Below, one piece after another: positions 26,461 to 37,037 of a stretch of 64,000 nt of DNA. Each line of letters opens with the position of its first letter. Position 1 is the stretch's first letter. A program made the translations under genes and the position numbers. The stretch is from Actinomycetota bacterium (GTDB lineage Bacteria > Actinomycetota > CADDZG01 > JAHWKV01): the NCBI GenBank assembly GCA_040905365.1, contig JBBDRQ010000080.1, forward strand, positions 3,326-67,325. Direction: 5' to 3'. Under the pieces are notes generated by a model that did not search any database, was not told where the DNA came from, and worked only from the letters and a program-made list of their open reading frames with translations.

Positions 26461-29400
26461 CTAATCAAGACCCGACAGCGCGCTGTCGATCAGCAGCTTT
26501 TGCTCCGCAACGTGAGTCGCGGTGCTGCCCGTAGCCGGGCTGGCGCTTTCGACACGGCTAAACCTCGCCAGTGGAATCTTTAGATTCTGCGAGAACTTCT
26601 CATGAATGTAGCGCCAGGGACCCATGTTCTCCGGCTCCTCCTGTACCCAGAACACTTGATCAGGGTCGTAGTGCTCCAGCTGCTCGCCGATCGACTCCGC
26701 CGGGAACGGATAGAACTGCTCAATCCTTACCAGCGCTACGTCGTCGATGCTTCGCTTGGAACGCTCTTCGGCCAGGTCGTAATAGACCTTGCCCGAGCAC
26801 AGGATCAGCCGGCGAACTCTTGCGGGGTCGAGGTCGGCGGGGTCGGGCAGTACAGGATCGAAGTGCCGCCCCACCAGATCCCGAACCCCGCTCGATGCGG
26901 CCGGCAGTCTGAGCAGGGATTTAGGGGTGAACACCACCAAGGGCTTACGCACGGATTTGCGGCCCTGATCCAGCAGGATGTTGAAAAACTGCCCGGCCGT
27001 GGTGGGCATGACGATACGGGAGTTATCCTCGGCGGCCAGCGTCAAGAACCGCTCAATGCGTGCACTGGAGTGCTCCGGTCCCTGCCCCTCGAACCCGTGC
27101 GGCAGCAGCATGACCAGAGAGCTTTGCTGGTTCCATTTGTCCTCGCCCGCCAGGATGAACTGATCGATCACCACCTGGCCGCCGTTGGCAAAGTCGCCGA
27201 ACTGCGCCTCCCAGATCGTCAGGCAGTTCTCGGCGGCGGTCGAGTAGCCGTACTCGAAGCCCAAAACCGCAAACTCGGACAGCATCGAGTCGTAGATGAA
27301 GAACTTGCTGCCCTCGATCTGATCCAGCGGGGTGTACTCCTCGCCGTTGTTCTGATCGATCAGCACCGCGTGGCGTTGGGTGAACGTCCCCCGGCGGGAA
27401 TCCTGACCCGTCAGCCGCACCGACGTGCCGTCGCCGATCAGAACTCCCAGCGCCAGGGCCTCGCCCAGAGACCAGTCGATCGCGTCTTCGTCCAGCGCTT
27501 TGCGGCGCTCGGCCATCCACTTGACCAGTTTGGGATGCGCCGCAAACTGATCCGGGATGCTTGTCGCGGTTTCCAAGACCCGCCTCAGCCGGGGCAGGTC
27601 GACCTCCGCCGCGGATGCGGTAGGCAGCTTTTCGGGGGGTGACAGTAGCGGCCGGTACGGCTCCTGCTCGGCTTTTCGGACCCCGTCAAAAGCCGCTTGC
27701 AACTGGGCGCGATAGTCCTGGAGCTTCTCCTCCGCCTCCTCGATACTCAACCGGCCCCGGTGCACCAGCGACTCGGTGTAGAGCTTGCGAACGCTGCGGC
27801 GGTCGCCGATCCGGCGGTACATCAGAGGCTGCGTGAAGGCGGGCTCGTCGGCCTCGTTGTGCCCCCACCGCCGGTAGCACCACATGTCTATCACCACGTC
27901 CTTGTGAAACTCCTGGCGGTAGGCAAAGGCCAGCCTGGCTACCCGGACGCAGGCTTCCGGGTCGTCGCCGTTGACGTGGAAAACCGGCGCCTGGATCATC
28001 TTGGCCACATCGCTCGCATACACGCTCGAGCGCGTCTGCCCGGCTGTGGCGGTGAACCCGACCTGGTTGTTCACAATGATATGGACCGTGCCGCCGGTGC
28101 GGTACCCGCGCAGCAGCGACAGATTCAGCGTCTCCGCCACCACGCCCTGGCCGGAAAAAGCTGCGTCGCCGTGCACCAGTACGGGCAGCACGGAGTAGGT
28201 AAGAGGGCGGTCAATGCGGTCCTGCTTGGCCCGAACCACACCCTCCACCACCGGGTCCACGGACTCCAGATGGCTGGGGTTGGAGACGACCGACACATCC
28301 ATGAACGCCCCGTCGGATGACTCGTAGCGTCCCTTGGCCCCCAAGTGATACTTGACGTCTCCCGAGCCGTGCACCGTGCTGGGGTCGATGTCCCCCTCGA
28401 ACTGCTTGAAAATCTGCCGATGGCTCTTGCCGACGATGCTGGCCAGCACATTCAGACGCCCGCGGTGAGCCATTCCCATAACCGCTTCGTCGATCTGGTC
28501 CTTGGTAGCCGAATCCAACACCGCATCCAGCATAGGAATGAGACTGAGCGCCCCCTCCAGTGAGAACCGCTTGTGGCCTACGTACTTGGTGTGCAGGAAC
28601 GTCTCGAACGCCTCCGCCACGTTGAGCTTAGCCAGAATCCGATCGTGGTCCTCCGGCGGCAACTCGGGGTCGACGCCTTCCACCCGGCGCTGGATCCACG
28701 CCTTCTCGGCGGGCTCCGAGATGTGCATGTACTCGATGCCGACCGTCCCGCAGTAGGCGTCCCTCAGTACCGCCAGGATGTCGCTCAGCCGCTCGGCGCG
28801 CCCTACGTCGCTGGCGCGGCGCCCCCGCCTCGTTTCGGAAAGCGAAAAGTTTCCCGTGGCGAACCTTCGGTCCAGATCCCAGATGGTGAACCCGTAGGTG
28901 GCCGGATCCAGGTCCGGGTGCATACTCGGCGGCTTGGTGTCGAGCGGGTCCAGGTCCGCGATCAGGTGACCGCGGACACGGTAGATGTTGATCAGCTGCA
29001 GCGCCCTTGCCTGCTTGGCAGACGCCTTGAGGTGGCTCCCGCCCGGGTGGGAGTCGATCCGCCACTGCACCGGGACGTAGGGTACGCCCATGCTGGAGAA
29101 GATCTCCTCGTAGAACTGCTCCTCGCCCATCAGCAGCCTCTGCACCCCGGCCAAAAACTCGCCGCTGAGCGCTCCCTGGATTACCCGATGGTCGTAGGTG
29201 CTGGTGAGAGTCACCACCTTTCCGATACCCAGGTCGGCGATGACGTTGGGGTCGGCGCCCTGGTACTCGGCAGGAAAAGCTACCGATCCGATGCCCACGA
29301 TCGCGGCCTGCCCGCTCATCAGGCGCGGAACCGACTGCACCGTACCCAGCATGCCGGGGTTGGTTATGGTCACCGTAGTGCCCTCCAAGTCATCCGCGGT

Positions 29401-30060
29401 GATTCTGCGAGCCACTACCTTCCGGATGAGCTCCTCGTAAGCCGCAAAAAACTCCGCGAAGTTCATCTGGTCGACGGCTTTGATGTTGGGCACCCACAGG
29501 GTCCGACCGCCATCGGGTTGCTTGACGTCGACCGCCAAGCCGAGGTTCAGGTGTGCGTGGCGAAGAGCGGCCGGCTTGCCGTCCTTGAGGGCGTAGGAGG
29601 TGTTCATGCCCGGGTATATGGAGATCGCCCTTACGATCGCCCAGCCCAGAATGTGGGTCAGACTCACCTTTTTGCTGCGCGAGCGAGCCTGGTGGTTGTT
29701 CAGGACCGTCCGGTTAACCTCCAGGAGCTTGGCCGGGATGGCCCTAACCGAGGTGGCCGTGGGCACCTCCAGGCTCTGCTCCATCCGCTGGGCCAGCACA
29801 GCTTGTGTCCTGCTCAGGGCGGAACCCGAGGGGACCTCCATACGAATCGGCGAGGTGTCGGGGTCCGGTACGCTCAGTTCAGGCGGAGGCTCGGGGACTT
29901 GCGGAGAGGGCGGCCGGGCGTGTTGCGCGTGGGGATAGTAGTCCTCAAAGAATTCCCGCCACGCCTCGGAGACCGACTCCGGCTCGCGCAGGTAGCTTTC
30001 GTGCATCTCTTGTAGGAGCCACAAATTGGGGCCGAAAAGCGCGTCGTCGAGCTTGGGCAT
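26461..30060 (-). CDS. kgd: multifunctional 2-oxoglutarate dehydrogenase E1 / decarboxylase with fused E2 acyltransferase domain (Kgd/OdhA type)
   Basis: About 1200 aa. The N-terminal third has an E2 catalytic core (TYDHRVIQGA). The remainder is the E1o ThDP enzyme (GMAHRGRLNVL, HGDAAFSGQGVV, QFGDFANGGQV). Confidence 0.9.
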   Translation of the reverse strand: MPKLDDALFGPNLWLLQEMHESYLREPESVSEAWREFFEDYYPHAQHARPPSPQVPEPPPELSVPDPDTSPIRMEVPSGSALSRTQAVLAQRMEQSLEVPTATSVRAIPAKLLEVNRTVLNNHQARSRSKKVSLTHILGWAIVRAISIYPGMNTSYALKDGKPAALRHAHLNLGLAVDVKQPDGGRTLWVPNIKAVDQMNFAEFFAAYEELIRKVVARRITADDLEGTTVTITNPGMLGTVQSVPRLMSGQAAIVGIGSVAFPAEYQGADPNVIADLGIGKVVTLTSTYDHRVIQGALSGEFLAGVQRLLMGEEQFYEEIFSSMGVPYVPVQWRIDSHPGGSHLKASAKQARALQLINIYRVRGHLIADLDPLDTKPPSMHPDLDPATYGFTIWDLDRRFATGNFSLSETRRGRRASDVGRAERLSDILAVLRDAYCGTVGIEYMHISEPAEKAWIQRRVEGVDPELPPEDHDRILAKLNVAEAFETFLHTKYVGHKRFSLEGALSLIPMLDAVLDSATKDQIDEAVMGMAHRGRLNVLASIVGKSHRQIFKQFEGDIDPSTVHGSGDVKYHLGAKGRYESSDGAFMDVSVVSNPSHLESVDPVVEGVVRAKQDRIDRPLTYSVLPVLVHGDAAFSGQGVVAETLNLSLLRGYRTGGTVHIIVNNQVGFTATAGQTRSSVYASDVAKMIQAPVFHVNGDDPEACVRVARLAFAYRQEFHKDVVIDMWCYRRWGHNEADEPAFTQPLMYRRIGDRRSVRKLYTESLVHRGRLSIEEAEEKLQDYRAQLQAAFDGVRKAEQEPYRPLLSPPEKLPTASAAEVDLPRLRRVLETATSIPDQFAAHPKLVKWMAERRKALDEDAIDWSLGEALALGVLIGDGTSVRLTGQDSRRGTFTQRHAVLIDQNNGEEYTPLDQIEGSKFFIYDSMLSEFAVLGFEYGYSTAAENCLTIWEAQFGDFANGGQVVIDQFILAGEDKWNQQSSLVMLLPHGFEGQGPEHSSARIERFLTLAAEDNSRIVMPTTAGQFFNILLDQGRKSVRKPLVVFTPKSLLRLPAASSGVRDLVGRHFDPVLPDPADLDPARVRRLILCSGKVYYDLAEERSKRSIDDVALVRIEQFYPFPAESIGEQLEHYDPDQVFWVQEEPENMGPWRYIHEKFSQNLKIPLARFSRVESASPATGSTATHVAEQKLLIDSALSGLD

Positions 30061-30179
30061 GACCAACAGCAACGATACAGGCTGTTGCTACATTTTGGGG
30101 CCCACAACGTGCACTCTTCCACCTTTTGTGAAGCCGTAGACCTACCGGCGGCTTCTAGCCGGACCCACTAGTCCATAGG

Positions 30180-30488
30180 CTAGGACCTCTTTGGGCCCTC
30201 GACCACCTCGCCTTTGCGGTACGTGGTGAGCATGACGCCTTCCGGGCCTCCCGAGGCCTTGATCGTCGCTCCGTCGGCGGTCAGTTGGTAGGCTGCGTGA
30301 CCGGCTCGAACCACCAGGAAGCCGCCGGAGGTGGCGCCTATCCCGACCGGCTGTTCGTCGGGCAGTTCGCCGGGCGGCAGGTTGGATCTAAGGAGAGAAA
30401 CGTCGGCCCTTATCTCGTCCTTGATATCTTCGGGGAGCGCCTCGAAGGCTGTCTCGTCCTTGAGGGGGTCTCCGTGACCTTCCGCCAT
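30180..30488 (-). CDS. hypothetical protein
   Basis: 102-aa acidic ORF with coding-like composition. No motif recognised. Confidence 0.45.
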   Translation of the reverse strand: MAEGHGDPLKDETAFEALPEDIKDEIRADVSLLRSNLPPGELPDEQPVGIGATSGGFLVVRAGHAAYQLTADGATIKASGGPEGVMLTTYRKGEVVEGPKRS

Positions 30489-30654
30489 GGCTCCTCCACC
30501 GTCGTTATGTCACCAGATCCTTGCGCCCCCGCGGCTGCCGAGGACGCCGCGCTGGTGTCCGGGTCGCCCGCCGGACGCCCGAAGCAGGCGCCGCCCAACA
30601 CTTTGCCACGAACTCCGGCGCCGTGACCGTGAGGGCGTGAGGCGGTAGCACCGC

Positions 30655-31137
30655 CTACAAAGCCTGCATCTGCAGCGACGCGGTTGTCACTGTCACGATG
30701 ACAATGACAACACCCACCATAACCAACCACGTCAGCGAACCCACCGGCTCGGCTCGGCGCTGCGCGATCCAGATCTGCCGGGATGCAAGCACTCCGGCGG
30801 TCAGGGATCCCAAATGGAACAGGTCCTGGAACGGGAAGGCTTCACTGGGGGGAGGCGCCGCCGCCACCGCCAGAGCGCCGTTGAGCAGGACTGCCTCCAG
30901 GACCGTCAGCCAGAAAAGGGCCCGCAGTGCAAAGGTGTCGCCGGCCGCGGCGGCGGCGGCCAGAGCCAGCCAAAACGCGAACATGAGCGCCACGGACAGC
31001 ACCGCGGCACCCTGGTGCACCGACATCGACGCCGCGCGCTCACCCATCAGGCCCAGGTGATAGTCGATGAATGTATGGCCAAGGGTTGCGCCGAAGGCGA
31101 CGGCCGTCCACGGGAGCCAGCGAGGGGTTGCGTTCAC
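30655..31137 (-). CDS. hypothetical integral membrane protein
   Basis: 160 aa with about five hydrophobic helices. Confidence 0.5.
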   Translation of the reverse strand: MNATPRWLPWTAVAFGATLGHTFIDYHLGLMGERAASMSVHQGAAVLSVALMFAFWLALAAAAAAGDTFALRALFWLTVLEAVLLNGALAVAAAPPPSEAFPFQDLFHLGSLTAGVLASRQIWIAQRRAEPVGSLTWLVMVGVVIVIVTVTTASLQMQAL

Positions 31138-31179
31138 GCCCCCAGCTTACTGAACAGACCCGGGCGGGAGCGCTGCGCG

Positions 31180-31212
31180 CACCGGCTGCGGCCGTCTTGG
31201 CCGCAGCCGGTG
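31180..31212 (-). terminator. 14-bp perfect GC hairpin downstream of lon (candidate U-tract-less terminator)
   Basis: CACCGGCTGCGGCC-gtctt-GGCCGCAGCCGGTG lies 23 nt after the lon stop. No U-run follows. Confidence 0.45.
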
Positions 31213-31234
31213 TAAGCCGGAGAGGGGGTCCGGC

Positions 31235-33583
31235 CTAAGCCACCTTCTCCCGCTCGGCGGGCTCCAGAGCGATCTCGAGAACCTCGTCGATGCGCTTGAC
31301 CAGGTGCACCTCCAACTCCTCGAGCACGCTGGCCGGCACGTCCTCTATGTCCGCCTCGTTGCGGTACGGCAGGATCACATCCGTCATCCCCGCCCGGTGG
31401 GCCGCCAGCACCTTTTCCTTGACGCCGCCGATCGGAAGCACGTTGCCCTGCAGCGTGACCTCACCGGTCATGGCCACCGTGCCCTTGACCGGCCGACCGG
31501 TCAGCAGACTGATCAACGCGGTGGTCATGGCCGTCCCTGCGGACGGACCGTCCTTGGGAACCGCACCCGCCGGCACGTGCAGATGGAAGGCACGGTTGTC
31601 GAAGCCGCCTGCGATGCCCAGCTTGTCCGCGTGGGAGCGCACGTAGCTAAGCGCAATCTGCGCCGACTCCTTCATGACGTCCCCCAGCTGACCGGTCAGC
31701 GTCAGGCCTTCCTTACCGGCCATCTCGGTTGCCTCGATGAACAGCACGTCGCCGCCGTGACCGGTGACGGCCAGTCCGGTGGCCACACCGGGCTGCCCGG
31801 TACGCTCGGCACCCTCGAAGAAGTACTTGACCTTACCCAGATACTCCTTGACCTGGTCCCGGTCCACCTTCAACGGAGGTTCGGCCTTGCCGGAGGCGAT
31901 AGCGGTCGCCGCCTTGCGCAGCACCTTGCCGATCTCACGCTCGAGGTTACGAACGCCGGCCTCGCGGGTGTAGTCGCCGATGATCTTGCGCAGGGCGTCG
32001 TCGGTGATCTCCACCTCACCCATCCTCAACCCGTTGCGTTCGACCTGGCGCTGCAAAAGGTGATTGCGGGCGATATCGAGCTTCTCTTGTTCGGTGTAGC
32101 CATCCAGCCGCACAATCTCCATCCGGTCCAGCAAAGGCGCCGGGATGGTCTCCGAGACGTTGGCCGTCGGGATGAAAAGCACGTCGGACAGATCCAGATC
32201 CACGTCCAGATAGTGATCCCTGAAGGTCTGGTTCTGCGCCGGATCGAGCACCTCGAGCAAGGCCGAAGACGGATCGCCTCGCCAGTCGGCGCCGACCTTG
32301 TCAATCTCGTCGAGCATGATCACCGGGTTCTTGGTACCGGCCTCCTTTAGGGCCCGAACTATACGGCCCGGCATCGCCCCAACGTAGGTACGCCGGTGCC
32401 CGCGGATCTCGGCCTCGTCGTGGATGCCGCCCAGCGACACCCGGGCGAACTTGCGGCCCATGGCTCGGGCCACCGACTCGCCCAGCGAGGTCTTACCGAC
32501 GCCCGGGGGACCCACCAAAGTGATGATGGCGCCCATGCCCCGACCGCCCACTTCGGTGCCCAGCCCCCGCTCGTCGCGGAGCTTCTTCACCGACAGGAAC
32601 TCGATGATGCGGTCCTTTACGTCCTCCAACCCCGTGTGATCGGCATCGAGCACCTGCCGCGCCTGGGTGACGTCGAACTCGTCGTCGGACCGCTTGTCCC
32701 ACGGCAGCTCGACCATCCAATCGAGGTAGTTGCGGATGTAGCCCTGTTCCGGGTTCTGCGGGCTCGTGCGCTCCAGCCGGTCGAGCTCCTTGTTGACCTC
32801 CTTGCGGACGTCGTCGGGCATCTCGATCTTCTCGAAGCGAGCCCGGTACTCGGCGACCACGTCGTCGCCTTCCTCACCCAACTCCTTGCGGATAGCCTCC
32901 ATCTGCTGGCGCAGCAGGAAGTCGCGCTGCGTCTTCTCCATGCCCTCGGCAACGTCCGAGCGGATTTTGTCCTTCAGCGAGAAATCGGCCAGGGTCTCCC
33001 GGCTCCACTCGAGCAGCTTCTCGAGCCGCTCGGCGACGTCCACGCTTTCCAGGATCTCAAGCTTCTGCTCGAAGCTGAGGTAGGGAGCGTAGCCGGCCGT
33101 GTCGGCCATGTGCCCGGGGTTTTGGATTCCACGCAAAAAGCGCGCAACGCCGCGCTCGCCGCGCATCTCGAGAATGTTCTCCACCACCGCCCGGTACTCC
33201 TTGGCCAGCTCGTGAACCCGGTCATCGTAGGTAGCCGGATCCTGGACCGGCTCCGCCTGCACCCAGGTGGCCTTACCTTCGCCGGGCACGCCGGTGCCCA
33301 CAACCGCACGGTGAAGCCCGCGCACGATCAGTACGTCCTCGTTGTCGGGCAGTCCGGCCTTTTGGGAATCCTCGAGCTTGGCCACGGTTCCGATCCGCGC
33401 GTACTTGTCGTCGACCTTGGGCACGAGCAGAACGTAACCGTCGCCGCCGCGCGCCGCGGCGATAGCCTCGTAGGACTCCTCGCTGCTTTCGGAGTCCACC
33501 GAGATAGTGACCACCATGTGCGGCAGGATCACGCCCTCCTTCAACGGGAGAAGCGGCAGAATTTGCGTCGTTGTCTCAGGCAT
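31235..33583 (-). CDS. lon: endopeptidase La (Lon protease)
   Basis: LON N-domain (LPLLPLKEGVILPHMV), Walker A GPPGVGKTS, and proteolytic PKDGPSAG with the Ser-Lys dyad. Confidence 0.92.
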   Translation of the reverse strand: MPETTTQILPLLPLKEGVILPHMVVTISVDSESSEESYEAIAAARGGDGYVLLVPKVDDKYARIGTVAKLEDSQKAGLPDNEDVLIVRGLHRAVVGTGVPGEGKATWVQAEPVQDPATYDDRVHELAKEYRAVVENILEMRGERGVARFLRGIQNPGHMADTAGYAPYLSFEQKLEILESVDVAERLEKLLEWSRETLADFSLKDKIRSDVAEGMEKTQRDFLLRQQMEAIRKELGEEGDDVVAEYRARFEKIEMPDDVRKEVNKELDRLERTSPQNPEQGYIRNYLDWMVELPWDKRSDDEFDVTQARQVLDADHTGLEDVKDRIIEFLSVKKLRDERGLGTEVGGRGMGAIITLVGPPGVGKTSLGESVARAMGRKFARVSLGGIHDEAEIRGHRRTYVGAMPGRIVRALKEAGTKNPVIMLDEIDKVGADWRGDPSSALLEVLDPAQNQTFRDHYLDVDLDLSDVLFIPTANVSETIPAPLLDRMEIVRLDGYTEQEKLDIARNHLLQRQVERNGLRMGEVEITDDALRKIIGDYTREAGVRNLEREIGKVLRKAATAIASGKAEPPLKVDRDQVKEYLGKVKYFFEGAERTGQPGVATGLAVTGHGGDVLFIEATEMAGKEGLTLTGQLGDVMKESAQIALSYVRSHADKLGIAGGFDNRAFHLHVPAGAVPKDGPSAGTAMTTALISLLTGRPVKGTVAMTGEVTLQGNVLPIGGVKEKVLAAHRAGMTDVILPYRNEADIEDVPASVLEELEVHLVKRIDEVLEIALEPAEREKVA

Positions 33584-33656
33584 TGAAAATTCCTCTCTCA
33601 CGTCTGTAGGGGGTTCAACCGCTTAGCGGGCATGTATATTCCCGTCGTTATAAAAG

Positions 33657-34631
33657 TTGAGCGTACTCCTATCAGGAATCTTATGTTACCAACGGTCCTG
33701 CCATAATGCAGGGGTGAGTAGCTCCACGCGTGCCGCTAGCTGTTCGGCCCTGGCCCGTTCGGCTCGTGAGCCCCTCTACGGCACCGCGCCCGCCAGTCCC
33801 GCTTGGCTCTTGTTGGAGCAGCCCGGATCCTGGGCCGCCGACCCTATGGCCACGGCTGGTCTGCGCGGTGAGCTTGCCGACGACCTAACCTCCCGGTCCA
33901 CACAGCTGGGTTTTCGCATACTGCTCCTGCGCCGCAGTGCGGCCAAGACGCCACAGCAAGAGCGGCTGTGCTTTTTGGCCCGATCCACTCAGTCGGGCGC
34001 CTGGATTCGACGCCTGGGACTGAAAGACCCTGCGGAGCTGTTGGCCCTAGACCTAAGCGTACTAGCCTGCGACGAACCGCCGGCCCTGGGCGATCCGTGT
34101 GAGCCTATCTACACGATATGTACCCACGGGCGCCGGGATCCATGCTGCGCGGAGTACGGCCGGAGCCTGATACGGCAGCTCAACGGCGCCGACGAGCCCT
34201 CTCTCCACAAACGCGTATGGGAGTCCTCCCACCTGGGCGGCCACCGTTTTGCCGCCAACCTGGCCTGCTTTCCCGACGCCGTGTTCTACGGACAGGTGGA
34301 GCCGGAGGAGGTCGGGGGGGTGCTCGACGCCTGCCGGGATGGGCTCATCTACATGCCGCGTTACCGGGGCCGTTCAGCCTTTAGCCCGACGGTTCAGGCC
34401 GCCGACCACTACCTGCGGTCCCGGCTGGGGATAAGGAGCCTGGACGACCTGCAATTGGTGAGCGAGCAGGAGACGGGCGCAAACACCTTCGGGGTGAAGT
34501 TTACCGGCGCCGGAGGCGAGATCCACCGCGTTGAGGTCGAGATCCACGAAGGAAGGTTGCGGCCCGAAAGCTGCAACAAGGACAAGCTCACCCCGGTTAG
34601 GCGTTACGCGATGCGCTACGTGGACGGCTGA
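33657..34631 (+). CDS. sucrase-ferredoxin-like family protein
   Basis: LLLEQPGSW, CTHGRRDPCCAEYG and HLGGHRFAAN motifs. The start is uncertain (TTG 33657 or GTG 33714). Confidence 0.7.
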   Translation: MSVLLSGILCYQRSCHNAGVSSSTRAASCSALARSAREPLYGTAPASPAWLLLEQPGSWAADPMATAGLRGELADDLTSRSTQLGFRILLLRRSAAKTPQQERLCFLARSTQSGAWIRRLGLKDPAELLALDLSVLACDEPPALGDPCEPIYTICTHGRRDPCCAEYGRSLIRQLNGADEPSLHKRVWESSHLGGHRFAANLACFPDAVFYGQVEPEEVGGVLDACRDGLIYMPRYRGRSAFSPTVQAADHYLRSRLGIRSLDDLQLVSEQETGANTFGVKFTGAGGEIHRVEVEIHEGRLRPESCNKDKLTPVRRYAMRYVDG

Positions 34632-35514
34632 GCGCATTGAGTAGGCGGTTGACCGGCGTCGTCAACCCGTAGCGAGCGGCCAGTTGCTGTAGCGCTTCGT
34701 TGGAGTCGCCGCTCGGGCGCTGCATAGCAACCTCGCCGACCGGGGCATCGGCGGTGATTAGCGACACCTGCACTGCGCAGTCCAGGTAGTCGAGGCTGTT
34801 TCTCACCTTGCCCAGGGCTCCGGTACCGTCGCCCGTTAAGGCCGCCTCGATGATGGCGCTCAAGCTTCCGTGCTTGCGGATCAGCGCGGCGGCGGTCTTC
34901 TCACCCACGCCCATAACTCCGGGCAGCCCGTCGGAGGTATCCCCCCGCAGCACCGCATACTCGCCGTAGGCCCGGCCCGGAATCGAGTACTTACGCTCTA
35001 TGTAAGCCTCGTCGACCCGGGTCAACTGTGAGACGCCCCGCATCGGGTACAAGACGCATACTTCCGGATCGCGCACCAACTGGAACAGGTCCCGGTCGCC
35101 GGAGACGATCTCCACCGCACCCGGGCAGCGAGGGATCAGGGCACCGATAACATCCTCCGCCTCGTAGTCCGAAGCAGCCGCCACAGCTATCCCCGTGGCC
35201 TGCACAATCTCGAAGATCACAGGGAGCTGCGTGTCCAATTCCTCCAGCGGATCGCCCACCCGGTGCGCCTTGTAGGAATCGATCAGATCGACCCTCCAGG
35301 CCGGACGCCAACTGGCGTCGTCGGCGCAGACCAGCAGGTCCGGATCCCGGTCCTCTACCAGGCGGCTGAGCATGTTCAAAAAGCCGTAGGCCGCGTTGAC
35401 CAGCATGCCGTCGGGGGCCTTTAGCGACTCCGAGGCGGAGAAGTAAGCGCGGTAGATAAGGCTCGCCGAGTCGATCAGTAAGGCTAGCGGGCGGGAAGGA
35501 TCCGACTGGTTCAT
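34597..35514 (-). CDS. 5'-3' exonuclease (Pol I-like FEN/PIN + H3TH domains)
   Basis: LLIDSASLIYRAYF, DLIDSYKAHR, SGDRDLFQL and GLPGVMGVGEKTAA motifs. Confidence 0.85.
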   Translation of the reverse strand: MNQSDPSRPLALLIDSASLIYRAYFSASESLKAPDGMLVNAAYGFLNMLSRLVEDRDPDLLVCADDASWRPAWRVDLIDSYKAHRVGDPLEELDTQLPVIFEIVQATGIAVAAASDYEAEDVIGALIPRCPGAVEIVSGDRDLFQLVRDPEVCVLYPMRGVSQLTRVDEAYIERKYSIPGRAYGEYAVLRGDTSDGLPGVMGVGEKTAAALIRKHGSLSAIIEAALTGDGTGALGKVRNSLDYLDCAVQVSLITADAPVGEVAMQRPSGDSNEALQQLAARYGLTTPVNRLLNALSRPRSASRNA

Positions 35515-35595
35515 AACCAGTCGGAGTGTAGCTCAGGCGCCGCAAACGTCTGCCGTTTACGGCGGGGGTATCCGGGGGCTTGACGCCCCCGGAGG

Positions 35596-36603
35596 TTAAT
35601 CGTAGCGAATCCCTGAGAACTTCATCAGCTTGTTCCAGTTGTGATCCGCGGTGATCCAGCGCACCGTGCCGGTTCGTGAGCGCATGGCCAGAGACTCGGT
35701 GGTGGCGCCGTCTTTGCGGTACTTGACCTCCTTCAGCAGGTCTCCACCGGTGATGCCGGTAGCTGCGAAGTACGCGTCCCCCTGGACCAACTCTTCCAGC
35801 GATATCACCCGGCTGAGGTCATACCCGGCGTCGAGCACTTCCTGGCGCTCCTTGTCGCTTTGCGGGTCCAGCCTGCCGAGGAGGTTACCGCCGATGCACT
35901 TGAGGGCTGCTGCGCTGATTACGCCCTCGGGCGTACCACCGGTGCCGAGCATGAGGTCCACGCCGGTTCCCGGAGTGCAGGCCGAGATCGAAGCAGCCAC
36001 ATCGCCGTCGGTGATCAGCCGTATCCGGGCGCCCGCTTCGCGCACCTCGGCGATCAGACCCTTGTGCCGAGGCTTGTCCATGATGATGACGGTCACGTCA
36101 TCGACGTCGACGCCCTTAGCTTTGGCCACCTTCTTGACGTTGTCCGCCGGCGGGGCGTCCAGGTCGATGACGTCGGCTGCCTCGGGGCCGGTGGCTATCT
36201 TGTCCATGTAGTAACAGGGGCCGGGATCGAACATGGCCCCCCGACCGGCTACCGCTATGACCGAGAGGGCTCCGGGCATGCCCCGGGCCGTGATGGTCGT
36301 GCCTTCGACCGGGTCCACCGCGATGTCAACCTGCGGCGGCTCGCCGGTTCCCACCCGTTCCCCGTCGTAGAGCATGGGTGCGTCGTCCTTCCCACCTTCG
36401 CCGATCACCACAATCCCGTCCATGGAGCAGGTGGAGATCATCAGCCGCATCGCATCCACGGCGGCTTTGTCGGCGGCTTCCTTGTCTCCGCGACCCATCC
36501 ACCGGGCACCGGCCAGCGCAGCTGCCTCGGTTACCCGGACAAGCTCCATTCCGAGATTGCGGTCATCTTCGGTCAAACCTGAGGCGTGCTTATTTGCGTT
36601 CAT
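35596..36603 (-). CDS. glpX: class II fructose-1,6-bisphosphatase
   Basis: LVRVTEAAALA...GRGDK...DIAVDPVEGT...LGTGGTPEGV are GlpX motifs. Confidence 0.9.
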   Translation of the reverse strand: MNANKHASGLTEDDRNLGMELVRVTEAAALAGARWMGRGDKEAADKAAVDAMRLMISTCSMDGIVVIGEGGKDDAPMLYDGERVGTGEPPQVDIAVDPVEGTTITARGMPGALSVIAVAGRGAMFDPGPCYYMDKIATGPEAADVIDLDAPPADNVKKVAKAKGVDVDDVTVIIMDKPRHKGLIAEVREAGARIRLITDGDVAASISACTPGTGVDLMLGTGGTPEGVISAAALKCIGGNLLGRLDPQSDKERQEVLDAGYDLSRVISLEELVQGDAYFAATGITGGDLLKEVKYRKDGATTESLAMRSRTGTVRWITADHNWNKLMKFSGIRYD

Positions 36604-36707
36604 ACAATCCCCTTATTACTTGGTCGGGTCCGGTGGACCAATTCAGGTACCCGGGCAAATACTTTGCTGCTCAGCCGTGCAAGACACTCCCGTAACGCCT
36701 GTACACT

Positions 36708-36992
36708 TTGCCTATGGGCTTGGAAGACACGCACCAGTTCGACCGCCACCATACTCGCGAGCTTCCGCGCACGACCGCAGTGAAGCAAACCCGCCGGTTG
36801 GCGGTCCTGGTCGTGGGCGGCTCCCTGATTACCCTCGGCCTCGCCTTGATTGTCCTGCCCGGTCCATTCACCATTCCGCCCGTACTGCTGGGCTTGACGA
36901 TACTATCCTGGGAATTCGGCTGGGCCAAACGCCTGCGGTACCATCTGAAGGCCAAGGCCAAACAGCTACGGAATCAAAGCCTGAAGCGTTAG
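36708..36992 (+). CDS. PGPGW-type small transmembrane protein
   Basis: VVGGSLITLGLALIVLPGP...LLGLTILSWEFGWA pattern. Confidence 0.55.
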   Translation: MPMGLEDTHQFDRHHTRELPRTTAVKQTRRLAVLVVGGSLITLGLALIVLPGPFTIPPVLLGLTILSWEFGWAKRLRYHLKAKAKQLRNQSLKR

Positions 36993-37037
36993 GGAGGGTT
37001 CGCATAATGCCCCTGCACCAGCAGGTCTAAGGGTCCG

